A stretch of 30,562 nt of DNA from the NCBI GenBank assembly GCA_964016885.1, contig CAXHJY010000829.1, forward strand, positions 1 to 30,562. Reading direction: 5' to 3'. Source of the DNA: Eledone cirrhosa. Taxonomy: Eukaryota. Below the pieces are notes generated by a model. That model made no database searches, was not told where the DNA came from, and saw nothing but the letters and a program-made list of their open reading frames with translations. Of the stretch, positions 1 through 10,883 are shown one piece after another (the first letter of the stretch is position 1; each line of letters opens with the position of its first letter). The position numbers and the translations under genes are program-made.

Positions 1-385
1 GAAGAGATAGATAGAGAGAAGAGTATGCAGAGAGAGGGAGAAAGTGGTAGAAAGAGAGAGGGGGAGAGAGAGCTAGGGATAGGGAGAGAGGGGGAGAGAG
101 AGCTTGGGAGAGAGAGAGAGGGGAGAGAGAGCTAGGGAGAGAGTGAGAGAGAGGGGGAGAGTGAGAGAGAGGGGGGAGATGGAGAGAGGGAGAGAGGGAG
201 AGAGAGAGGGGGAGAGTGAGAGAGTGAGAGAGAGGGGGGAGGGGGAGAGAGAGCTAGAGATAGAGAGAGGAAGAAAGAGAGAGAGAGGGGGTGGCACCAA
301 AACGGAATACTGGAATAAAAGAAGGAAAGAATATAGAGATAACAGATGTACCTCGTGTGTGGATGGAGAGAGAGAGAGCGAGAGA
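1..385. repeat. Degenerate (GA)n/(GGGAGA)n purine microsatellite
   Basis: Nearly pure G/A tract; it explains the R/E/G and L/S ORFs. Confidence 0.95.
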
Positions 386-421
386 TAACATGCATATATA
401 TATATGTGTGTGTCTGTGTGT

Positions 422-707
422 AGGAGGTGAGTTTTATTGTAGAACAATAAAGCAATGCAAATATCGGATAAGTAGCACTCTACAGTTTATTGGACTGGAG
501 TATATATAAGAAGAAATTAAAAGATAGTTAAAAAAAGTTCCATGTATTTTATTATGCGATTTCAAAAACAAATATCATCCTAGGTCGATATTTGCGTTCT
601 CCCTATTTTATCTGATGAGAACGCAAATATCGTCCAAGGATGATATTTGTTTTTGAAATGCGCATAATAAAATACATGGAACTTTTTTAACCATCTTTTA
701 ATTTCTT

Positions 708-716
<9 letters not shown>
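422..716. mobile_element. PLE 3' remnant (family A) with inverted fold-back
   Basis: 422-601 is the reverse complement of ~6121-6303. Arms ~501-601 and ~617-716 are inverted copies (about 5 differences) around a 15-nt spacer. Contains an HHR and is flanked by (TA)n. Confidence 0.75.
604..674 (+). ncRNA. Minimal type I hammerhead ribozyme, intact core
   Basis: Stem I TATTTTAT(604-611)/ATAAAATA(667-674); CTGATGA 612-618; long stem II (caaatatcgtcc-aa-ggatgatatttg); GAAA 655-658; palindromic stem III TGCGCA; AUA triplet with predicted cut after 666. Confidence 0.85.
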
Positions 717-743
<27 letters not shown>

Positions 744-768
744 TGTAATAAACAACATAAGGCAATTA

Positions 769-828
769 TTTCATTTACCAGTGGTTTCTTAAAAGCAAAA
801 AAATTTGCTTTCAATCAACAGAATGAAA
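769..828 (-). ncRNA. Decayed type I hammerhead motif
   Basis: Minus strand reads TTTCATT-CTGTTGA-TTGAAAGCAAA(tttt)TTTGCTTTTAA-GAAA-CCACTGG-TA-AATGAAA. Perfect 7-bp stem I, 11-bp stem II, one core substitution (CUGUUGA). Confidence 0.7.
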
Positions 829-836
829 AAATCCTG

Positions 837-885
<49 letters not shown>

Positions 886-950
886 ACAGGCACGAACACA
901 AGAATATATGAATGAATATATATATATATATGTATATATAAATATATATA

Positions 951-1495
951 TCTATACTATAAAGCTGACGGCCATATGTAAGTATCAAACTTATATATAT
1001 ATCTATACTATAAAGCTGACGGCCATATGTAAGTAACAAACTTATATATATATCTATACTATAAAGCTGACGGCCATATGTAAGTAATAAACTTATATAT
1101 ATATCTATACTATAAAGCTGACGGCCATATGTAAGTAACAAACTTATATATATCTATACTATAAAGCTGACGGCCATATGTAAGTAACAAACTTATATAT
1201 ATATCTATACTATAAAGCTGACGGCCATATGTAAGTAACAAACTTATATATATATCTATACTATAAAGCTGACGGCCGTAAGTAAGTAACAAACTTATAT
1301 ATATATCTATACTATAAAGCTGACGGCCATATGTAAGTAACAAACTTATATATATATCTATACTATAAAGCTGACGGCCATATGTAAGTAACAAACTTAT
1401 ATATATATCTATACTATAAAGCTGACGGCCATATGTAAGTAACAAACTTATATATATATCTATACTATAAAGCTGACGGCCGTATGTAAGTAACA
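951..1495 (+). repeat. Tandem array, 11 copies of a ~51-bp unit derived from a Helitron-like 5' end
   Basis: Unit TCTATACTATAAAGCTGACGGCCATATGTAAGTAACAAACT(TA)n starts at 951, 1002, 1053, 1104, 1153, 1204, 1255, 1306, 1357, 1408 and 1459. Confidence 0.95.
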
Positions 1496-1840
1496 ATCTT
1501 TCCACCAAGCGGCTGGAACAAACAGCACCAAATTTGCACCATAGATGTAACTTTTTCCAAGTAAGAAAGTGAAGGTATTTTTGTCTACTGAATTTTGTTA
1601 AAAGATTAAAGACATTATTTAAATATTCACTTCTTTAAAATTTTCAAATGTCAACACTTCCGGTTATATGACATTCCTAACGTCTTCACGAACCAAAGTA
1701 TCAACTTCCTGTTTTCTTTCGATTGCAACGTTTTTCGAAATATTTACTTCTGCGTTCACAGATTGATATTTTTAGTTTCAGAAGATCCAGTTAAGGGTGA
1801 AAGCAGCGATTCATTGCTTAAACTTTAATCTGTTATTTTA
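1459..1840 (+). mobile_element. Non-autonomous Helitron-like element, 5' part
   Basis: Begins A|TCTATACTATAAAG, followed by ggctggaac...accaaatttgcaccatagat, which resembles subterminal motifs of invertebrate non-autonomous Helitrons. No clear hairpin+CTAG end; right boundary approximate. Confidence 0.55.
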
Positions 1841-1847
1841 AGATATA

Positions 1848-2150
1848 TCTATACATATATACATATATATATATATAACTGATGTTGTCTGTGTGTGTGC
1901 GTCCTCATTTGTGCAAAGTCTCTACAAATCCACATTTCTATTCCGATTGACTTCAAACTTGCATTTATATATTCCGTGCGGTGTAAAGATACTAACTGCA
2001 GCTTTTATTTTTCAATTTTCTGTTGTTAAAGGGGTGTTAGGCGCCGGTTATCGATCTCCGTCGAGCCCTTATAATATCTGTCTGTATGTCTGGCTATCGG
2101 CATAACGACATTCTGATGAACACGTCATTGCTGACGTATTATTTTCGCTA
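1848..2150 (+). mobile_element. Probable second Helitron-like non-autonomous fragment
   Basis: TCTATAC..tatataactgatg, then a short GT tract and ccgattgacttcaaacttgca, a layout typical of such elements. Boundaries approximate. Confidence 0.35.
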
Positions 2151-2218
<68 letters not shown>

Positions 2219-2228
2219 CATATATACT

Positions 2229-2288
<60 letters not shown>

Positions 2289-2335
2289 TATACATATACA
2301 CACACATTTATATACATATATATATATACAAACAC

Positions 2336-2367
<32 letters not shown>

Positions 2368-2379
2368 AAACACATATAC

Positions 2380-2411
<32 letters not shown>

Positions 2412-2511
2412 ATAAATATACACATAAAATATATGTATATACACACATATATATATATATACATACACACACAAATATATATATGCATACATATACACAT
2501 ATATATATATA

Positions 2512-2607
2512 CTAGCTGTCCCGTCCGGCTGGCGACCGGGAACGTGTACCTGCCCCCACCACTCCACTGCAAAGATTCCACACACCCTCCCGTGTCACAT
2601 TGTGCTT

Positions 2608-2638
<31 letters not shown>

Positions 2639-2773
2639 AATAACTAACAATTTAATTGTATCTCTCTCTCTCTCTAACGGCCTATTTCTCTCTTTTCCCC
2701 TCCCTCTGTTTTTCTCTCTCTCTCTCTTTCTCTGTAGATGTGTGTGTGTGTAGTTTTCCTAATCTTTCTCCTC

Positions 2774-2804
<31 letters not shown>

Positions 2805-2915
2805 ATCTGTATATATTGAAGGGAGATACGGAAACTAAAACAGTGTTGTATTATAGAGAGTGAAGAGCGACAGAAAGAGTAAAGCAGTTAAATTATAGAG
2901 GGGGGGGGAATGATC

Positions 2916-2950
<35 letters not shown>

Positions 2951-3278
2951 CATATAAAGTATAGATATGTGTGTGTCTTTCTGTTTGTGTATGTGTGTAT
3001 GTGTCTGTGTTTTGTTTTGATGTTATCCGGCAATTGGCGAAATCAGGTGTGAAAGTATGTGTATGTGTGTATGTGTGTGTATGTGTGTGTTTGGGTATGT
3101 GTGTGTGTGAGGGGGAGGGGAGGGGGGGGTGTTACTTATGCGACCGACGACAGAAAAAGTGTGTGGGATACATCCATTATTATATTTGTCAGTATTTTCG
3201 ATCTGCGACCATTATATTATGATATTTGTATCCAAATGATTTTAGATGTATGTATTACTTGCTTGCCTTTCCCTCTGT

Positions 3279-3356
<78 letters not shown>

Positions 3357-4190
3357 TTCTCTCTCTCTCTCTCTTTATCTTTAGACGTGAATGTGTAGTT
3401 TTCCTAATCTGTCTCTTTCACTCTCTGTCTCTCTAAGAGGGTTGCCTTTCGATGTATGTATTAGCTGCTTTTGTGTTGACCGAATTCGAAGGAGGTTATC
3501 CTATTGAAATAAACATACATACGACGTTCATCTCTATGTTGATATCAATCCCATTATTTATATCATATGAGTTAATATCTGTATACAACAACTACAACGG
3601 TACGCGATGGGGCCCACCCACAGTCCCGGCGGACAGAATGGTGAAGGCGTTTCCCCGGAGGACGGCAAGGGAGACGCGCTGGAAAAGCCACTCCAACTCG
3701 CGTGGCTCACACCTGCGGGTGGCCAGCTCAGCACCTATGGTGCTGAGTAAGGCGGTAGCCCTGGGGCCGAGGACACCAGAAGTCTTCACTGCCAGGGGTA
3801 GGACCGCAAACCTGTCGGAGAGCGACCGGTATTTGAGGAGTTTGGTCCCCTCAGCCCGACGTGCAGCAGAACCTGGGTATATATTGATATATTGAAGGTA
3901 GATATGGAAAGTAGAAGAGTGTTGTCATATTGAGAGTGAAGAGAGACAGAGAGTAAAGCAGTTAAATTATAGAGAGGGTGAAAGAGGGAGAGAGAGACGA
4001 CGCTCAGCTTTATAATATTTGAGAGTGAAGAGCAACAGAGAGAGTAAAGCAGTTACATTATAGAGAGGGGGAATTATCTATTATAGAGAGAGGAAAGAGC
4101 GACGGAGAGAGTAAAGCTAAGAAACTATAGGGAGGCGTGTAGGATACATACATACAAAATACACACGACACTCAGCTTTATAATATTATA
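2512..4190 (-). mobile_element. Non-autonomous Helitron-like element with both termini
   Basis: Minus-strand 3' end is a GC-rich hairpin then CTAG|T (ttcccggtcgccagccggacgggacagCTAG, ending 2512). Minus-strand 5' end TATAATATTATAAAGCTGAG (4190-4171) shares TATAAAGCTGA with the 951-1495 unit. Internally duplicated. Confidence 0.65.
3433..3877 (-). mobile_element. 5'-truncated non-LTR retrotransposon, restriction-like endonuclease C-terminus (CRE-like) plus 3' UTR
   Basis: 3876-3592 translates to PGSAARRAEGTKLLKYRSLSDRFAVLPLAVKTSGVLGP...EPRELEWLFQRVSLAVLRGNAFTIL. This matches the AE..K..KY / P.A.ET.G / QR.S.A.QRGNA motifs of CRE-type RLE domains. Confidence 0.8.
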
Positions 4191-4318
4191 TATATATATA
4201 TATATTTATTAAAATATATTTATTTAATAAATATTTGCTCTACGGTTCTTATATATTTGATATATATTTATCCTTTATCGAGCCCGCTTCGGATTTTAGT
4301 CTTCAAATTTATTATTAT

Positions 4319-4393
<75 letters not shown>

Positions 4394-4676
4394 AAACCCA
4401 AGAAGCTAGATTTACCACCTTTCTAGTGGGTCCGGGTAAGTTTGTTTTTTTTCCATTCATATAAATTATTGATTTATTGATATTTTATTTGAGTGACCCG
4501 AATCTTCCTGGTCGTTCTTTTTCGGCTGCATGGGTGATTTTAGGCATAATCTTTGTGTGTTGGTATTTTAACAATAGTTATAGCTCTGATTTATCTGAAT
4601 TATTGAGCCCTCTGCCACTCATGTCGGATTTGTTTATCGTTAATTCGTGAGCTGATTTTCCGATACTCGATTATTC

Positions 4677-4729
<53 letters not shown>

Positions 4730-4732
<3 letters not shown>

Positions 4733-5145
4733 ACAGATACATTGTAGGTCGCTTTAACCCGTCTTTTATTATTCAAAAAACTTCTCGCCAATAAACATTA
4801 ACCCTTTGTGCGCCATTCATCTAACTGCAGACCAACAAATACCAAGTAAACGGAGCGTTGACAAGAACGATCGCGAATGAATCTTCGAGGTAAGCAGTTT
4901 CCTCCCGAGCTGTTAGTTCACGCGGGATTCTCTGCTACACCTTTTCGTAATAATACCGAACAACGTGCTGCTGGTCACTCCTTCTTCCAAAAGCCGTACA
5001 AAGCGGACATGCGCATAAGGTAGATGGATCGGGTGCAAATCTACACCAGGGCTACGCGAGAAATCCGCAAGGGACTGCACCGAGAGGGATAGAGAGAATG
5101 AGTAACTTAGTGGAAAGAGTGCGAATGAACTTTTGAGGTAAGTAG
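4730..5145 (+). promoter_or_regulatory. CpG-containing unique island with two similar splice-donor motifs (possible first exons)
   Basis: gcgaatgaatcttcgagGTAAGcag (4873-4897) and gcgaatgaacttttgagGTAAGtag (5121-5145) are 21/25 identical. Acceptor-like tttctatctgcAG ends at 5453. Confidence 0.25.
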
Positions 5146-6100
5146 CCTACGACTTACTGCTATGACACTGGAACCTTCTGCCAACTTAACCTGTGACTTT
5201 CTCTTTCACATTTACTCCAAAAGGCTAAAACAGAGGAGTGTGAAAAGAAGGGGCTCAACAATATTTCTATGAACAATGCATAGTTGTACAAATTATTGTA
5301 AAGTTTGTTAAAATAGTTGTTTTCTGTTCAACATTTATTGTTGTAACTATCAATTTTCTTTAACGTACTGGCTGAGAAAAGAAACCTACAATGAAAGAAC
5401 ATCTTAAAGTTTACCCAAGCCAAATATTGTATTTATTATCATTTCTATCTGCAGGTTCTTAGCAAGCTTACTGGCGTTTTAGTATGGTATTCAATTCTCA
5501 TATCGTTTTTGATTGATATGGTGCATATATCGCAGCTATTCATATGTTTTAAACATTAGATAACGATTGCTTGCTGATGTCTACTGTACGACAGAATTAG
5601 CTGGAACATATTTTGAATGAACAAATAGAAGAGATATAAAAGAGAGATGTTTGTTGGTTGGTTCCTTCGCGTATCACAAAAAAAAAAAAAACGGAAAGTG
5701 ACAATCGGAAAGTATTTACAGGATTGGGATAAGAATTTATCCAGAAAAGTTTATTGATATTAATTTTATAACACCAAAGAAGAAGAAAGACACCACGTAT
5801 GTTAACCAACCTGACTGCTATTTCTAACAGGCCAACCGCTATAGAATATCGAACCAACATTTCAACAGCACGTAGAAATTAATTAAATATACGGTCAACC
5901 ATACACAATTAGGTATAAAATTAAAGGTTAGAAATGCTTATATACATACCAGGATTAAATCACTAATATATATAAGGGTTCAAGTTTTCCTTTCAAAATG
6001 AAATATTTTTTTCCCAATATCACACACCAATCTAAAACTACTTCTCATATGTTGATTTAAAACTGCACTATCCACAAGTGTTTTTTAACCTTCATATCAT

Positions 6101-6303
6101 GTCTTCCTGTTTTATCTGATGAAAACACAAATATTATTGTATGATGATATTTGTTTTTGAAATGCGCATAATAAAATACATGGAACTCCTTTAACCATCT
6201 TTTGTTCTTATATATTATGTATACTCCAGTCCTACAAACTGTAGAGTGCTTCTTATCCGATATCTGCATTGCTTTATTGTACTACAATAAAACTCACCTC
6301 CTA
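6101..6303 (+). mobile_element. PLE 3' remnant (family A), second copy
   Basis: Colinear with the reverse complement of 422-601 and with 604-712; ends in (TA)n. Confidence 0.75.
6108..6178 (+). ncRNA. Type I hammerhead ribozyme motif (family A)
   Basis: TGTTTTAT-CTGATGA(6116-6122)-stem II-GAAA(6159-6162)-TGCGCA-TA-ATAAAATA; stem II closes with A-U. Confidence 0.8.
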
Positions 6304-6343
6304 TATATATATGTACATATATATATATATATATATATACATT

Positions 6344-6377
<34 letters not shown>

Positions 6378-6628
6378 CATATATATATATGTACATATAT
6401 ATATATATATATATGTACATATATATATATATATACATGTATACATATATATATGTACATACGTATATATACATATATGTATATATATATACATATATGT
6501 ATATATATATATATATATATATACGTATAGGAAACGATCGACTTTCGTCAAATCGGACCGAGGGAACAATGTTTCCGTTGGTCTTTCCAATTGCTAATAC
6601 TATCTATCGGTTGCAACTCCAGGTAGAA

Positions 6629-6749
6629 GGAGCAACGTGAAATAAAGTGTCTTGCTCAAGGACATAACGCATCGCCTGGTCCAGGAATCGAACTCACAAC
6701 CTTACGATTGCGAATCCAATTCTCTAACCACTCAGCCACAGGCCTTCAC
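6629..6749 (-). mobile_element. tRNA-derived SINE head with CORE-like segment
   Basis: Minus strand has an A box TGGCTGAGTGG, a B box GTTCGATTCC, then tgtccttgagcaagacacttt. Confidence 0.8.
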
Positions 6750-6835
6750 GTATATATATGTATATATGTATACATATATACATATATATATGTACATATA
6801 TATATATATATGTATATATATATACACATATATAC

Positions 6836-6891
6836 GTGCCCCGGCATGGCCTCAGCCGGATGGATGGAACAGGTAAAAGAGTAAAAGAGTA
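6836..6891 (+). mobile_element. SINE/LINE 3' tail fragment
   Basis: gtgccccggcatggcc...aacaggtaaaagagtaaaagagt; similar copies at 13288-13350 and ~30457-30500. Confidence 0.65.
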
Positions 6892-7106
6892 TACATATAT
6901 ATCTATGTATATATATATATACATATACATATATATATATATGTATATATACACATATATATATATACAAATACATATATATATATGTATATATCTATAT
7001 ATACACATATATATATATATACAAATATATATATATATATGTATATATCTATATATACACATATATATATATATACAAATATATATATGCATATATATAT
7101 ATATAT

Positions 7107-7229
7107 ATAGGAACGAGTAGGACCCCGACGGCTGAGCTCAAGCCGTTTCGACGGCTAATTCTGGACTGAGTCCAGAATTAGCCGTCGAAACGGCTTGAGC
7201 TCAGCCGTCGGGGTCCTACTCGTTCCTAT
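7107..7229. mobile_element. Perfect 123-bp palindrome, PLE-like family B, carrying the 3' half of an HHR on each arm
   Basis: 61-bp perfect arms with a 1-nt centre at 7168. Each arm reads C-GAAA-CGGCT(tgagctc)AGCCG-TC-GGGGTC. Confidence 0.8.
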
Positions 7230-7364
7230 TATTGTGTCTGCAGTATATATACATATATATATACAGTATATATACATACATATATTATTGTGTCTGCAGT
7301 ATATATACATATATATACAGTGTATATACATACATATATATGTATTTGTGTGTATATATACATA

Positions 7365-7421
<57 letters not shown>

Positions 7422-7498
7422 AATACATATATATATATGTATATATGTATGTATATATACTGTATATATATATATGTATATATATATATGTATTTGTG

Positions 7499-7558
<60 letters not shown>

Positions 7559-8228
7559 TATATATATACACACAAATACACATATATATATGTATATATG
7601 TATGTATATATACTGTATATATATATGTGTATATATACTGTATATATATATATGTATATATACTGCATATATATGTATATATACTGCAGAAACAATATTG
7701 CTCTATTTTCAGTAATCCTTATATAGCTGATCTGGGCCGTATCAATGATGTTAATCCCCAATACACTTTATCGGAAATAACGTTTGGCGCCCCTGATGCC
7801 TTAGCGGCAATACACGAGATTAAACAGAATTCTGCAGTGGACCCTGATAGGTTCCCTGTTTGCGTCCTAAAGGTCTTCACCAACTTGCATCTCTTCTTGC
7901 TAATCTGTGGAGGAACTCACTGGATACTGGCTATATTCCTGAAAACTATCTGTCCCATTCTGTTGTCCCAGTTTACAAAAAAGGAAACCGGTCCCTTGCA
8001 GTGAACTACCGTCCGATCTCACTCAAATCTCATATTATCAAAGTCTTTGAGAGGGTGGAGAGATCATGAATAACCCATTTTTTTTCTTTTTTGAACAGAC
8101 TGCTGAACTCCAACCAACATGGGTTCCGTAATGGAAGGGATTGCTTAACGCAGCTACTGCATCACTTTGATGACATTTTGAGAGTTTGTGGAGAGGGCTC
8201 CAACACTGATGTTATCTACCTTGATTTC

Positions 8229-8602
8229 GGGGTGGATTGGCAGTATCAGTAGAGGGTCGGACGCCATGCTTTCCAGCATAGTTACGTCCCTTTACGATCT
8301 GAGTTCAAATCCCGCCGAGGTTGACTTTGCCTTTCATCCTTACGGGGTCGATAAAATAAAGTACCAGTAATACACTGGGTAATTGCTGGCCTTGTGCCTA
8401 AAGTAGAAACAAGTATTTTCATAATAAGGTTGGAGCCGCTGACTTAAAACACCAGAGAAACTTTCTATGAAATGCAATCTCATAGCTGACTTTCTAAAGC
8501 TATGATCGCCGGTTCAGGGAGGACTCTTTTGATAATGGGACTTAAGCCTCTATCGTTAAAACACCCGAAACGTTGAAAGGGAAAGTGCATGTCTACGTAA
8601 CA
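8229..8602 (+). mobile_element. tRNA-derived SINE (~8229-8412) plus ~190 bp extra sequence inside one TSD
   Basis: B box GAGTTCAAATCCC and central gcctttcatccttacggggtcgataaaataaagtacc. Perfect 18-bp TSD GTTATCTACCTTGATTTC at 8211-8228 and 8603-8620. Confidence 0.85.
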
Positions 8603-8826
8603 GTTATCTACCTTGATTTCATCAACGCCTTTGACAGGGTTGATCATAAGATTCTATTGAAAAAACTGTCCACTATTGGTGTCTCTGGACAGTTACTACA
8701 TTGGATCAAGTGTTTCCTGACAGACAGAACCCAGCATGTTGTAGTCGAAGGAGTGAAATCACGCCCAGCCAAAGACAGCAGTGGCGTGTGTTGGACCCAC
8801 TTCTTTTCATTATCTGTACTAATGGC

Positions 8827-9106
8827 GGTGGATATTAATTGTTTCTACTTTAGGCACAAGGCCAGCAATTACCAGTGCATTACTGGTACTTTATTTTATC
8901 GACCCCGGTGGATATTAATGGCAGAGGATTGGCAGTATCGGTAGTGAGTCGGACGCCATGCTTTGCAGCATACAGTTACTGTTCGTGCCATTCAAATCCC
9001 GCCGAGGTTAACTTTTTGCCTTTCATGCTTACGGGGTCGATAAAATAAAGTACCAGAAATGTACTGGGGTAACTGCCGGCCTTGTGCCAAGAGTAGAAAT
9101 AATTAA
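8827..9106 (+). mobile_element. Second copy of the same SINE family inserted in the RT
   Basis: Body at ~8920-9100. TSD ATTATCTGTA(C/T)TAATGGC at 8809-8826 and 9107-9124. Confidence 0.85.
8840..8907 (-). mobile_element. 5'-truncated antisense copy of the same SINE, nested
   Basis: Reverse complement of ~8343-8411. Direct repeat CGGTGGATATTAAT at 8826-8839 and 8906-8919. Confidence 0.85.
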
Positions 9107-9370
9107 ATTATCTGTATTAATGGCATTGCTGACATCATCAAGCACAGCAACATCAGAATCTTCGCAGACGATTCCAAGCTCCAAAGGGTCATCAATGAGG
9201 TGGGTGACCGGAATTGCCTTCAGACCTACTCGTTGTTATCCAATGAGCAGAAAAGGACAATATGCTGCTTGACGAGGATAAATTTGAGTTAATCCACTTT
9301 GCAAAAGGAGATGGTCTGTAACTCCTATACTTCATTGCTTCAGGTGAAACTCTCGTGGCATCCAACGAAT

Positions 9371-9372
9371 AA

Positions 9373-9420
<48 letters not shown>

Positions 9421-9786
9421 GCATATATATATATGTATATATATATGTAAATTAGAATTGATATATATATGTATATATATACATGTATGTATATATATAT
9501 ATATATATATATATAAATATATATATATAAATATATATACATATATATATATAAATATATATACATATATATATGTATATATATATATGTATATATATAC
9601 ATATATATATATATGTATGTATGTGTGTATATATATACATATATATACACATATATATATGTATATATATATATGCATATATAAATACATACATATATAT
9701 ATATGTGTGTGTGTGTTTGTATATACATATATACACATATATATATCTATATATATATGCATATATAAATATATATATGTATGCAC

Positions 9787-9836
<50 letters not shown>

Positions 9837-9932
9837 ATATATATACATATATAAATACATATATATATATATATATGTATATATATACATATATAAATAC
9901 ATATATATATATATATATGTCTATACATATAT

Positions 9933-9997
<65 letters not shown>

Positions 9998-10089
9998 TAA
10001 ATACATATATATATATATGTATATACAGATATACCTACACATATATATGTATATATACACACACATATATAAATACATATATGTATATA
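9371..10089. repeat. (TA)n/(TATG)n/(CA)n compound microsatellite
   Basis: Seen directly. Confidence 0.95.
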
Positions 10090-10705
10090 TGGTGGCTGCC
10101 AACTCGTTTTCGAGTACGGCCACTACTTTATATCCATGTAGGAGAACCCCTACCGATGCGCTGAACGAGAGTGACATTTTAGTCCAGCCAGCGACTTGAA
10201 AACTCTGGTACAAACACTACACTTGTGACAATTATTGACCATTAGTGCTGGGCCAATGGTACCATGTGACGACAAGTGCAGAGAGATCTCCAGATACAAA
10301 GCAATGCCTGTGCCTGTGCCGTGAAGCTTTTATAGTGGGCAAAGGCACAGCACAAAGCCAGTCCCACTCTCTTAACCAAGATGATATTTACCAAAAAGAA
10401 GAACAAGTCAACATCATAGGATACCATCAGGGTTGCAGGTGTTATATCAGAGTTTTCCTTCTCCTAGAATTCTGCCTTGACAAAGGCTAAGGGGTCATCT
10501 CTCCCGGTGATTTTGGATGGCCATTGACTCTTAACAGCTCCTTTGCCCTCTGACAGGTTTTATTTTTAGTCCTGCAGGATGTCCAAAGTCACCCTCCTTA
10601 CAAAGAAACCTTTGTGGGGTTGCCAGTTTAGTCGCCAACGACCCGACCATGGGACAGGTTGTACTGGGATACATGTTACCAGTAGCACCAACTGGTGACC
10701 TGACA
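10090..10705. mobile_element. Probable mosaic of decayed retroelement (RTE-like UTR) fragments
   Basis: Complex island between (TA)n tracts. gttttccttctcctag...gccttgacaaaggctaag resembles RTE-associated terminal sequence from memory; no protein motif found. Confidence 0.3.
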
Positions 10706-10719
10706 TAATATGTATATAC

Positions 10720-10770
<51 letters not shown>

Positions 10771-10839
10771 TAAATACATATATATATATACACATATATA
10801 AATACACACATATATCTATACAGACATATATATGTATAT

Positions 10840-10883
<44 letters not shown>

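Larger units (their letters stand above)
7685..9370 (+). pseudogene. CR1-group LINE reverse transcriptase fragment, frameshifted and interrupted
   Basis: Ordered RT motifs: [37 protein letters not shown]|[42 protein letters not shown]. Confidence 0.92.

Noticed and set aside
951-1495. CRISPR-like array
   Set aside because: Units are identical with no unique spacers, there are no cas genes, and the context is eukaryotic.
2110-2150. CTGATGA followed by hairpin acgtca/tgacgt as an HHR
   Set aside because: No GAAA, stem III or stem I partner.
3452-3895. 147-aa plus-strand ORF as a gene
   Set aside because: It is the antisense shadow of the CRE-like endonuclease frame.
4270-4320. Minus-strand TTGAAGA...GAAG as a decayed HHR
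   Set aside because: Stems I-III do not pair convincingly.
5121-5145. Spliced-leader RNA gene (TTTGAG|GTAAG)
   Set aside because: The resemblance is only a few bases, with no clear Sm site or SL structure.
6670-6749. tRNA gene
   Set aside because: A and B boxes are present but run into SINE body sequence, with no proper acceptor stem.
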